A DNA stretch of 64,000 nt from Deltaproteobacteria bacterium TL4 (lineage in GTDB: Bacteria > SAR324 > NAC60-12): contig JBBCAX010000025.1 in the NCBI GenBank assembly GCA_051382335.1, positions 1-64,000 on the forward strand, in the 5' to 3' direction. Positions 18,225 to 27,039 of the stretch are shown piece after piece. Positions within the stretch are counted from its first letter, which is position 1. Each line of letters opens with the position of its first letter. The notes beneath the pieces are model-generated. The model did not search any database. It was not told the DNA's origin and saw nothing but the letters and a program-made list of their open reading frames with translations. The position numbers were made by a program, and so were the translations under genes.

Positions 18225-18853
18225 TCATGGAACAACGTTCTCCACAATCGTATCAACTGATACTGTCACTCACTATTGCCGGATTCATCACAGGGATTGC
18301 CCTCTCTGTCATCTTTAAAGTCACTCAACCGATGATTCAATTCCATCGCATGGAAGCCATCAAAAAAGCGATTTTTCGAGTTTTACCAGGAACCATGACT
18401 TACAAAACCTTGTTAGTAACCCCCAGTGGTCTTGAAACCTTGCCCGATTCCAGGAAAAATGACCAGGAGGCGGAACGGATTTATCTGGGAATGAACGAAG
18501 CCGGTGAAACCGTGGGATTTGCGGTCCCTGCCCAAGGTTCAGGATTTATGGATACTATTTCGTTGATGTACGGATATCAATCCACCTCTCATAAAATTGT
18601 GGGATTAGAAGTTCTGGAACATCGGGAAACCCCGGGACTTGGTGATAAAATCGGGAAGGATCTCGATTTTGCGCGTAATTTCAAAAATCTCCTTGTTGAT
18701 CCCAAGATTATGTTGGTAAAAAAAGGGAAAAAAACCCAGGAAAATCAAGCAGACGCCATTAGCGGCGCCACGATTTCCTCGGATGCTGTGATTAAAATAT
18801 TGAACAACGCTCAAATTCGTTACTCAAAACTCATTCATAACTATCAGGAGTAA
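18221..18853 (+). CDS. rnfG: Rnf complex subunit G
   Basis: N-terminal TM, ETPGLG, FMN-attachment DAISGATISS. Confidence 0.92.
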   Translation: MIMEQRSPQSYQLILSLTIAGFITGIALSVIFKVTQPMIQFHRMEAIKKAIFRVLPGTMTYKTLLVTPSGLETLPDSRKNDQEAERIYLGMNEAGETVGFAVPAQGSGFMDTISLMYGYQSTSHKIVGLEVLEHRETPGLGDKIGKDLDFARNFKNLLVDPKIMLVKKGKKTQENQADAISGATISSDAVIKILNNAQIRYSKLIHNYQE

Positions 18854-18855
18854 CT

Positions 18856-19533
18856 ATGGCCCTGGATGAAAAAAAATCGCACAAAGAAGAATTTATCAAA
18901 GGTATCTGGAAAGAGAATACGATCTTTGTCACTGTTTTGGGGCTGTGTCCTTCCCTTGCAGTGACCAACTCCCTCATCAACGGCATCGCCATGGGACTGG
19001 CGACACTGGCGGTCTTGATGGGAGCCAGTTTGTTAGTATCGGCACTGAGAAAGGTTATTCCTAAACCTGTACGGATTTCTCTTTATATCCTCATTATCGC
19101 AACCTTTGTGACGGTTGTTGATTTTTCACTTGCCGCGCTTTTTCCTCAAATTCACAAAGCTTTGGGAGCGTTTATTTCTCTGATTGTTGTCAACTGTCTC
19201 ATTCTTGGACGTCAAGAGGCGTTTGCCGCTAAAAATCCAGTCAGTCTCTCTCTGGCGGATGCGGCAGGGATGGGACTTGGTTTCACTATTGCCCTGGTCA
19301 TGATTGGCGGCATTCGTGAAATACTGGGAAGTGGTTCCTTATTGGGCTTTCCTCTGTTTGGAAGCAATTTTGAGCCTTGGGTCATTATGGTCTTACCTCC
19401 GGGAGGCTTTTTCACCATGGCGACCTTGCTACTGATTTTCGCAAAAATGAAACAAGCGTCTATCACACGAAAAGAACAGCAGGGTGGTACCGAAAAAGAA
19501 CCTGCCGTCACTCAAAAAGAATGGGGGGTCTAA
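18856..19533 (+). CDS. rnfE: Rnf complex subunit E
   Basis: LGLCPSLAV, LIVVNCLILGR, IREILG, LPPGGF. Confidence 0.93.
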   Translation: MALDEKKSHKEEFIKGIWKENTIFVTVLGLCPSLAVTNSLINGIAMGLATLAVLMGASLLVSALRKVIPKPVRISLYILIIATFVTVVDFSLAALFPQIHKALGAFISLIVVNCLILGRQEAFAAKNPVSLSLADAAGMGLGFTIALVMIGGIREILGSGSLLGFPLFGSNFEPWVIMVLPPGGFFTMATLLLIFAKMKQASITRKEQQGGTEKEPAVTQKEWGV

Positions 19534-20108
19534 TGGAAAAGTTAATTTGGATCTTTTTTTCCGCCAGCATTATCAATAATTTCACACTCACCTATTTCCT
19601 GGGTTTGTGTCCCTTCTTTGGAGTCAGTGGACGCCTTGATACCGCATTAAGAATGGGGCTGGCCAATATTTTTGTATTGGTCATCACTTCTATTTGCGCC
19701 TGGTTTCTCAACGCCTTTGTCCTGCCCTATGCCCCTTATCTGCAACTGATCAGTTTTATCTTTTCCATTGCTGGCATCGTTCAATTTACGGAAATGGTCA
19801 TCAAAAAACTCAGCCCTGCGCTCTTTGAGGCACTGGGAATTTTCCTCCCGCTGATCACTACAAACTGCTGTATTCTGGGCTTGGCTTTATTCCAGGTCAA
19901 CCGAGGATACAATTTTCTTGAAGGGATTGTCTTTGCTGTTGGTGCCGGTGTTGGACTCACGCTAGCCATGCTCATTATGGCCGGAATTCGCAAAGATGCC
20001 GAGTTAGCCAGAATTCCAGCCTTAGTCAAAGGTGCCGCCATGAATTTCTATATTGCGGGAATTCTGTCACTCGCCTTTATGGGGTTTGCGGGCTTATTCA
20101 GCAAGTAG
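19533..20108 (+). CDS. rnfA: Rnf complex subunit A
   Basis: NNFTLTYFLGLCPF, LGIFLPLITTNC, LAFMGF. ATG overlaps the rnfE stop (TAATG). Confidence 0.93.
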   Translation: MEKLIWIFFSASIINNFTLTYFLGLCPFFGVSGRLDTALRMGLANIFVLVITSICAWFLNAFVLPYAPYLQLISFIFSIAGIVQFTEMVIKKLSPALFEALGIFLPLITTNCCILGLALFQVNRGYNFLEGIVFAVGAGVGLTLAMLIMAGIRKDAELARIPALVKGAAMNFYIAGILSLAFMGFAGLFSK

Positions 20109-20142
20109 ATCTCAAGTTTGTAAGGAGCAGAGTCACAAAGAT

Positions 20143-20193
20143 CGCAGAGAAACGCAGAGAAATAAAAAATAATTTTCTCTGTGTTTCTCTGCG
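20143..20193. terminator. Strong hairpin after rnfA (terminator or interspersed palindromic repeat)
   Basis: cgcagagaaacgcagagaaa / tttctctgtgtttctctgcg, 19/20 complementary. Confidence 0.55.
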
Positions 20194-20657
20194 TTAAATG
20201 GATAAGTGTTTTTGTGCGGATTTCCGGTTCCTATCGCTGAGAAAAATTCACAAACCTACAACCTTCAAGAAATTCTTATCAAACCTTTCGACTTCGAAAA
20301 ACTCTTTCGAAGGACTCCCCTTTGACTCGAATAAAATACGACATCAGAATCTCTTCCCGTTTTTCCAATTTTCTCAGGTTTGTCATCAGGATCCATGGAA
20401 TCTTTGATTCCTTGGACAAGGCATAAATTTACTGCAGAAAATTATTCAGTATTGTATCAATTGATTTGAACATGCCACCACCTTAGTTTATGAAAGGGCG
20501 ATTGATACGATCCTTGAGGCACTCAGGTTTTCGAAATCCGGGTTAGATAACTGATGTTACGTGTATAGATTTTGCAAAAAGCTGTTTTTTGCTCGGAGAG
20601 TCCAGTTCTGCGACAAAGGGATTGGAGAATAGGGCATGGGTGTTGAATTTATTAAAG

Positions 20658-20775
20658 GCAGGGTAGGTTAGTTACGAGGAACGAGTAACGTAACCCACCG
20701 AAAAAAGCTTATACTATCAAGGCCTCGTTTTTTGGTGGGTTACGCTGTTCGTTCCTCACAGCTAACCCATCCTAC
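20658..20775. repeat. REP doublet (REPIN-like inverted pair)
   Basis: The right copy on the minus strand is GTAGGATGGGTTAGCTGTGAGGAACGAACAGCGTAACCCACC. The left copy 20658-20699 is its degenerate inverse. Confidence 0.75.
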
Positions 20776-20873
20776 AATTTTTGAATTTCGCGACAGCGAC
20801 TAACTAGGTAGTTATTTGATAGGACAGCTCTATAGATAGAAAGATTGATTTTCTATGATGAGTCAAACGAAAC

Positions 20874-23363
20874 ATGTCGGAGCATAAAATTATGAAACTG
20901 TATAACAAACGCGTGTTGCCTTTCTTTATTGTTGCGTTCTCTTTTTTTTTATTGACGTCAAAGGCACAAGGACAAACCTATGACTGTGTAGGAGAATGTC
21001 ATAAGAATGAAGTTATTCCCCCTATACATAAAGAGATTACATGTCAGGAATGCCATACGAATGTTGATGAAAAACATGAGGATGAAAATGTAACCGCGGA
21101 ACTGGTAACTTGCGCGTCGGAGTCCTGTCATAAAGATCGTATTGACGAGATGAACTATGGCATTCATCAACGCTTAAAGGGTCAAGTCACCGATGATTTG
21201 CCGACCTGTGTTACCTGTCACAACGATCACGCGATGACCGCTCCCTCAAAAAGCAAAAACAAAGTGGCCGATTATTGTGAAACCTGCCATGAGAATATTT
21301 TGCTCGTGAATTCGTTTCACTTTGAGAAGTTTATTCCCGCCAAAACCTGCATGGAAGATTGTCACGAATCAGACGAAATCCAGTATGAAAAAGAGTTGGC
21401 AACATCCACGCACAAAATGTTTACCTGCATGGATTGTCATCATTACGTCGCCACGCATCTGGAAGAACATGAGGGGGAGGATGTTCCCTTCACACAAACG
21501 GCAGATTGTTACTTATGTCATAAAAAAGAGGCCTTGGAGCATCGGGACAGCATCCATGGGATCTCTCTAAAGGAGGGAGTGAATGAAGCGGCACAATGTT
21601 GGAATTGTCATGGTTCTCATAATATTTTGCCTGTCAAAGACGAAAATAATAGCGTCTTTCGCACGAAATTAGCGGAGACCTGTGGCAAATGCCATGATAA
21701 TCCCGAATTTGTAGAAAAGTTTTCGATGAGCATTAAACAGCCTGGAAAAATGTATGCTCAATCCGTCCATGGAAAATTAATTGAAAAAGGGAAAATGAAA
21801 CTTTCCGTAGCGGAAGGGGAAGAGAAAGAGATTGCCACTTGTGTGCTGTGTCACGGAGTGCATGACATTAAAAACAGGGTTCAACCCAACTCGAAAATCT
21901 CAGTTTACAATGTCCCCCAAACCTGTGGAAAGTGTCACGAAAAAGTCACTGAAGAATATCAACGCTCCATACATTGGATTCGCGCAAAAAAAGGGGTACG
22001 CGAGGCCCCTGTCTGTAATGACTGTCACAGTGAGCATAGTGTTGAAGCGATCAATACGCTCGATAAAAAACTGGAGATGAAAAAAATTCAGGAAGAAACC
22101 TGCCTTCAATGCCATCAAAATCCCTTGCTCGCAAAGCGGTACAGTCTAAGCGGAGGCGAAGCCAATCAATATAAAGACAGTTATCACGGTTTAGCGGTAA
22201 TGCGCGGTGATAAAGATGCGGCCATGTGTATTGATTGCCATAATGTCCATGAAATACTTCCCCAAAAACATCCGAATTCTTCTGTGAATCCGAACAATGT
22301 GATGAAGACCTGCAACGGCTGCCATCCTCGGGCGACACCGTTGTTTTCTCAAAGCTATTCTCATCAAAGCGAATCGAAATCCGCGCAAAAAATAGAATAT
22401 TGGGTGGAAAAATCTTACATTTTATTAATCGTCACGATCATTGGCGGGATGTTCTTGCATAACTTGCTGATTTTTGTTTTTGAAGTGCAAAAACGCCGTA
22501 AGAAAGAAAAACATGTCATCCGCTTACGTCGCCTGACCAACAACGAACTGATACAGCACTTCTTCCTGTTGACCTCCTTCATCATGTTGGTGATAACAGG
22601 ATTCGCGTTAAAATTTCCAAATGCCTGGAAGTGGATCGGGATGACAGAAACCATTCGACAAAATCTGCATCGTAGCGCTGCGGTGGTCATGTTGACCCTT
22701 GGAGTCTATCATTTGTATTATTTGATCGCAACGCCCAGAGGACGGGAAATGTTTATGCACATGCTTCCCGGATTGAACGATTTGAAGGAAGCCGTCAATA
22801 ATATCCTGTACTACCTGAAGATTCGAAAAAACAAACCGAATTTCGATCAATTTGACTATACGGAAAAAGCCGAATATTGGGCGTTAATTTGGGGAACCGT
22901 GGTCATGGGGCTTACTGGATTTGTCCTGTGGTTTCCAACGCTTGTCGATCAGCGAATGCCGCTCTGGTTTATTAAAGTTTGTGAGATGGTTCATCTTTAT
23001 GAAGCAATTCTGGCGACGCTCGCCATCATCATCTGGCATTTCTTTTTTGTGATGTTTCATCCCAAAGAGTATCCTATGAGTTTTACATGGATTGATGGAA
23101 AAACGTCTCTGGAACACTTTAAGAGCCATCACAGACGTCAATTTGAAACGATAGTCTTAGAATGGCTGGAAATGAAGTCAGGGCTTCGAGAACACACGGA
23201 TCTCAGCCCCGCAGCGAAAATCTTTCTGTCAACGTTAGAAGAAAATGGATGCAAACCTGATGACATCCTTCAAGCCGAATTGGATTCAGATCCGGAATTA
23301 AAAAAATCGGTTGGAGATCACATCGAAAACAAACGCGCTGAGATCCGGAAAGGTTTAGTCTAA
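20874..23363 (+). CDS. Multiheme cytochrome c fused to a cytochrome b membrane domain (CbcL-like)
   Basis: Signal peptide; 13 CxxCH plus CVGECH, CASESCH and CMEDCH (manual count). C-terminal TM domain with QHFF..ITG, LHR, EKAEYWALIWG, VHLYEA, WHFF. Confidence 0.88.
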   Translation: MSEHKIMKLYNKRVLPFFIVAFSFFLLTSKAQGQTYDCVGECHKNEVIPPIHKEITCQECHTNVDEKHEDENVTAELVTCASESCHKDRIDEMNYGIHQRLKGQVTDDLPTCVTCHNDHAMTAPSKSKNKVADYCETCHENILLVNSFHFEKFIPAKTCMEDCHESDEIQYEKELATSTHKMFTCMDCHHYVATHLEEHEGEDVPFTQTADCYLCHKKEALEHRDSIHGISLKEGVNEAAQCWNCHGSHNILPVKDENNSVFRTKLAETCGKCHDNPEFVEKFSMSIKQPGKMYAQSVHGKLIEKGKMKLSVAEGEEKEIATCVLCHGVHDIKNRVQPNSKISVYNVPQTCGKCHEKVTEEYQRSIHWIRAKKGVREAPVCNDCHSEHSVEAINTLDKKLEMKKIQEETCLQCHQNPLLAKRYSLSGGEANQYKDSYHGLAVMRGDKDAAMCIDCHNVHEILPQKHPNSSVNPNNVMKTCNGCHPRATPLFSQSYSHQSESKSAQKIEYWVEKSYILLIVTIIGGMFLHNLLIFVFEVQKRRKKEKHVIRLRRLTNNELIQHFFLLTSFIMLVITGFALKFPNAWKWIGMTETIRQNLHRSAAVVMLTLGVYHLYYLIATPRGREMFMHMLPGLNDLKEAVNNILYYLKIRKNKPNFDQFDYTEKAEYWALIWGTVVMGLTGFVLWFPTLVDQRMPLWFIKVCEMVHLYEAILATLAIIIWHFFFVMFHPKEYPMSFTWIDGKTSLEHFKSHHRRQFETIVLEWLEMKSGLREHTDLSPAAKIFLSTLEENGCKPDDILQAELDSDPELKKSVGDHIENKRAEIRKGLV

Positions 23364-23397
23364 AGCCTTCAGGACACCTTTCAAGTATTTATAAAAG

Positions 23398-23427
23398 CTT
23401 TTCATGGGCTGATTCCCTATGAAAAAG
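23398..23427. terminator. Hairpin between the two cytochrome genes
   Basis: cttttcatggg-ctgatt-ccctatgaaaaag inverted repeat. Confidence 0.35.
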
Positions 23428-23491
23428 GTGGGATCGTTATTATTTTGAGATATTACCAAGTCCTTATTTCATTAATATTAAAGGAGTGTTT

Positions 23492-26311
23492 ATGAAAGGT
23501 TTTAGGTTTATTTTAAGTATGACTGTTCTTTTGATGCTGTCATCAGCGGTGTGGGCGTTGGAGAATCAAGTCTGCCTTGACTGCCATGAAGGCGATGAAG
23601 ACGGTGTTGTTCTTATGCCCTTTGAAAAACCCGTTGCTAAAATCAAAAAAGATGAAACAGAAGAAAAAGAAGCACCGGGAATTATCCTCCCGAAATTCAC
23701 TGAATCGGTTCATGGCAAGAAACTATGTACGGATTGTCATAAAGACGCAACCGAAGATCATGCGGACAATGAGGAACCTCTAAAAAAGGTAGACTGTTGG
23801 GCATGTCATGAAAAAGAATTGAAGATATTCAAAGAGAGTGTTCATGGTGAGGCATCCTTCAAGCGCAAAGACCGATTCGCTCCGACATGTTACTCATGCC
23901 ACGGAAATCATTATACGCTTCCCAGCACCTCTCCAAAATCATCGACTTATGTTATGAACATTCCCGCGACTTGTGGAAACTGTCACAAGGAAGGTACCGA
24001 AATGACCGAAAGCCATGAGTTCGAACAAGTTGATGTGCTCAAAAATTACTCACTGTCGCTTCATGGAGCGGGGTTGTTTAAACGTGGATTGACGGTTACG
24101 GCGGTTTGTACGAATTGTCATGGTTCCCATGATATTATGGATTACAGGGATCCCAGGTCGAAAATCAGTAAAGAGAACATCGTCGCTACCTGTCTGCAAT
24201 GTCACGCACAGATCGAAAATGTTCATGATAAGGTCATTAAAGGACAACTGTGGGAGCATGAACCTGGAAAAATTCCAGTCTGTGTGGAATGCCATTCCCC
24301 CCACAAAGTTCGGAAGGTCATCTATGAAGACCCTATCAACGATAAGACCTGTCTGTCATGTCACTCAAATCCTGACCTTGAAGTCGTTAAAAATGGCCGT
24401 AACGTTTCACTGTACACGGATATCGCGCAATTGAAGGGATCCGTTCATGCTGAGCAGTCGTGTGTGAAGTGCCATTTTGATGTTAATCCTGCTCGTGACC
24501 CCGTTTGCAAAAACCTGAAATCGGTTGATTGTTCTGTTTGTCACGCCGAACCTGTGAAAGAGTATTCTGAGGGAATTCACGGCAAGCTTTTGGCGGAGAA
24601 GGATGTGGATGCCCCCTATTGTACTGACTGCCATGGTTCTCATGGAACGCTCTCAAAGCATAACCATAATTCACCCACATTTCCCGAGAAGGTTCCGGAA
24701 TTATGCGGTAAATGTCATAAGTTGGGAGAAAAAGCCTCCAATAGGAAGCACTCCACTCAGGTGAATATTCTAGGAAACTACACGGCAAGTATTCACGGGA
24801 AGGGGTTGTTCGAAAGCGGACTGCTTGTAACCGCAACGTGCCAGAGTTGCCATACTTCTCACAAAGAACTTCCAGCGAGCGATCCACAGTCAACAGTTAA
24901 CGTAAATAATTTGGCAGTGACTTGTGCGAAGTGCCATCACAAAATCAATGAACGACTCCAGGCCAGTGTGCATAGCCCCAGTGTCACGAAGACCGATAAA
25001 AAGCTTCCTACCTGCAATAACTGTCACTCTTCCCATACCATCAAACGTGCGAGTCTTGATGATTTCAGACTTGGGATCTTCCGTGAATGTGGGCAGTGTC
25101 ACGAAGCACTGACCCAAAGTTATTTGGAATCTTATCATGGAAAGGTCTCAAAACTTGGAGTAGGAAGAGCCGCTAAGTGTCATGATTGTCACGGTTCTCA
25201 TAACATGTATCCAAAATCAGATCCGCGGTCAACGCTGAATACGGACAATATTGTGGAAACTTGTAAAAAGTGTCATCCACACGCAAACAAAAACTTTGTA
25301 AATTACATGCCTCATGCCACACACACTGATAAGGAAAACCATCCGGAGCTTTATTATTCCTACTGGTTTATGACGATTCTGCTGGGTGGAACGATGCTGT
25401 TTTTTGGTCTCCATACCTTGCTTTGGGGAATTCGATCAGTGATATCGCATCGAACTTTGAAGCGAAGAGAAACTGATCATGATCCCAAAACGAAAGGAAA
25501 ATACGTTCGCAGATTCAAGCCAATCCAAATGGTACTCCATTTGTTAATCATCATCAGTTTTCTGAGTCTCGCGGTAACAGGCATGACGTTAAAATTCTAT
25601 GACGTCTCATTTTTCGCAAGTGTATCGCACTTGTTGGGCGGGCCAATCGCTACGGGTATCATTCACCGATTCGCGGCCTTCATTACCCTTATTTACGCGG
25701 GGACTCATCTGTATATGATTATCAGAAGTTTCATTCGACGTGAATTTACGGTGAAAGGTCTTTTGAAAGAGGAATATACGATGGTTCCGTTAATGCGTGA
25801 TTTGCGAGAGATGAAAGAAAACATGCTCTGGTTCATTGGTCTGGGCAAAAAGCCGGACTTTGGACATTGGACCTATTGGGAGAAATTTGATTATCTGGCT
25901 GTATTCTGGGGGATAGCGGTGATTGGTTCGACTGGTTTGGTCTTATGGTTCCCCGAAACTGCGACGCTCTTCCTGCCTGGTTGGGTGATCAATGTTTCGA
26001 CCATCATTCACAGTGATGAAGCGTTACTCGCGAGCGCATTCATCTTCACCATTCATTTCTTTAATTCACATTTCCGTCCAGGAAAATTCCCAATGGATCC
26101 TGTGATTTTTACGGGAGTTGTGCCTCTGGATGAGTTTATAGAGGAGCGTCCACGGGAATACCAACAAATGGTTGAAAAGGGTGAACTGGAGAAACACCTT
26201 ACCGGCTCATTACCAAGATGGTATTTAAAAGCGGCTCATATTGTTGGGCTGACCTTCCTGACCATAGGTGTTGTAACAGTTATAGCTATTATCTATTCTT
26301 TGTTACATTAA
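23492..26311 (+). CDS. Multiheme cytochrome c (19 CxxCH) fused to a cytochrome b membrane domain (CbcL-like)
   Basis: AAGGAG RBS, signal peptide (AVWA-LE), 19 CxxCH (manual count). TM domain with LHLL..VTG, IHR, WEKFDYLAVFWG, IHSDEALLA, IHFF. Confidence 0.9.
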   Translation: MKGFRFILSMTVLLMLSSAVWALENQVCLDCHEGDEDGVVLMPFEKPVAKIKKDETEEKEAPGIILPKFTESVHGKKLCTDCHKDATEDHADNEEPLKKVDCWACHEKELKIFKESVHGEASFKRKDRFAPTCYSCHGNHYTLPSTSPKSSTYVMNIPATCGNCHKEGTEMTESHEFEQVDVLKNYSLSLHGAGLFKRGLTVTAVCTNCHGSHDIMDYRDPRSKISKENIVATCLQCHAQIENVHDKVIKGQLWEHEPGKIPVCVECHSPHKVRKVIYEDPINDKTCLSCHSNPDLEVVKNGRNVSLYTDIAQLKGSVHAEQSCVKCHFDVNPARDPVCKNLKSVDCSVCHAEPVKEYSEGIHGKLLAEKDVDAPYCTDCHGSHGTLSKHNHNSPTFPEKVPELCGKCHKLGEKASNRKHSTQVNILGNYTASIHGKGLFESGLLVTATCQSCHTSHKELPASDPQSTVNVNNLAVTCAKCHHKINERLQASVHSPSVTKTDKKLPTCNNCHSSHTIKRASLDDFRLGIFRECGQCHEALTQSYLESYHGKVSKLGVGRAAKCHDCHGSHNMYPKSDPRSTLNTDNIVETCKKCHPHANKNFVNYMPHATHTDKENHPELYYSYWFMTILLGGTMLFFGLHTLLWGIRSVISHRTLKRRETDHDPKTKGKYVRRFKPIQMVLHLLIIISFLSLAVTGMTLKFYDVSFFASVSHLLGGPIATGIIHRFAAFITLIYAGTHLYMIIRSFIRREFTVKGLLKEEYTMVPLMRDLREMKENMLWFIGLGKKPDFGHWTYWEKFDYLAVFWGIAVIGSTGLVLWFPETATLFLPGWVINVSTIIHSDEALLASAFIFTIHFFNSHFRPGKFPMDPVIFTGVVPLDEFIEERPREYQQMVEKGELEKHLTGSLPRWYLKAAHIVGLTFLTIGVVTVIAIIYSLLH

Positions 26312-26326
26312 GTTTATGATTAAAAG

Positions 26327-26347
26327 CTTCCCGGCTCTGCCGGGAGG
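26327..26347 (+). terminator. GC-rich hairpin after the cytochrome gene (terminator or IS200/605-end-like palindrome)
   Basis: cttcccggc-tct-gccgggagg. Confidence 0.45.
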
Positions 26348-26420
26348 TTCAAAGAGGGTTACGTTTTATCAGTAGCCCCAAACCACACCAGTCTACTCAT
26401 CAGTGATGTTTTTAAATGGC

Positions 26421-26470
26421 GCACGGATTTACACGGATAAAAAAAAGTTTTAAATGCGTATAATCCGTGC
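26421..26470. repeat. Palindromic interspersed element
   Basis: gcacggatt ... aatccgtgc arms with an internal cacggat direct repeat. Confidence 0.4.
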
Positions 26471-26541
26471 CTCCTGATGAATGAAACTCCATCACTGCAA
26501 CCACCCAGAAACTAATACCAGCAACTGATAATATTTGAAGC

Positions 26542-27039
26542 ATGAATCAAATTTTTTTAGGTTTAGGAAGTAATTTAGGAGATCGGTTACAACACTTACA
26601 CCAAGCGAAAGAAGCCCTTCAGAGGATGCCCTTGTTTGAAATGAAGTGTTCCTCAGTTTATGAAAGTCTTCCTTATCAAGGCATGAAACAACCGCTCTAT
26701 TGTAATCAGGTGATTTATGGCGTAACCCCCTTTCCCCCCGGGGCATTACTTGAGAATTGCTTGAAAATTGAACGAGCGATGGGACGAATACGAACCGCAC
26801 GTTGGGCTCCTCGTACCATTGACATTGATATTCTGTTTTATGAAAATCAAATCATTGAGACGGAAAGTCTATCCATTCCCCATAAAGATTTCGCCAATAG
26901 AAGTTTTGTTCTCTTCCCCTTGGTAGAACTTGATCCAAACTGGATCGACCCCCGCAGCCGGAAAAGTCTCAGCAACTTATTGAAACAACTGAAAAAAAAA
27001 GTGCATGAGGAACTTCCACAAATCATTGCGCCTCCGTGA
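26542..27039 (+). CDS. folK: 2-amino-4-hydroxy-6-hydroxymethyldihydropteridine pyrophosphokinase
   Basis: LGLGSNLGDR, RWAPRTIDIDIL, IPH...RSFVL.PL. Confidence 0.95.
   Translation: MNQIFLGLGSNLGDRLQHLHQAKEALQRMPLFEMKCSSVYESLPYQGMKQPLYCNQVIYGVTPFPPGALLENCLKIERAMGRIRTARWAPRTIDIDILFYENQIIETESLSIPHKDFANRSFVLFPLVELDPNWIDPRSRKSLSNLLKQLKKKVHEELPQIIAPP

Noticed and set aside
20198..20407. 69-aa ORF downstream of rnfA as an extra Rnf subunit (e.g. RnfH)
   Set aside because: No RBS, no ubiquitin-like or other motif, and it lies in a repeat-rich intergenic region.
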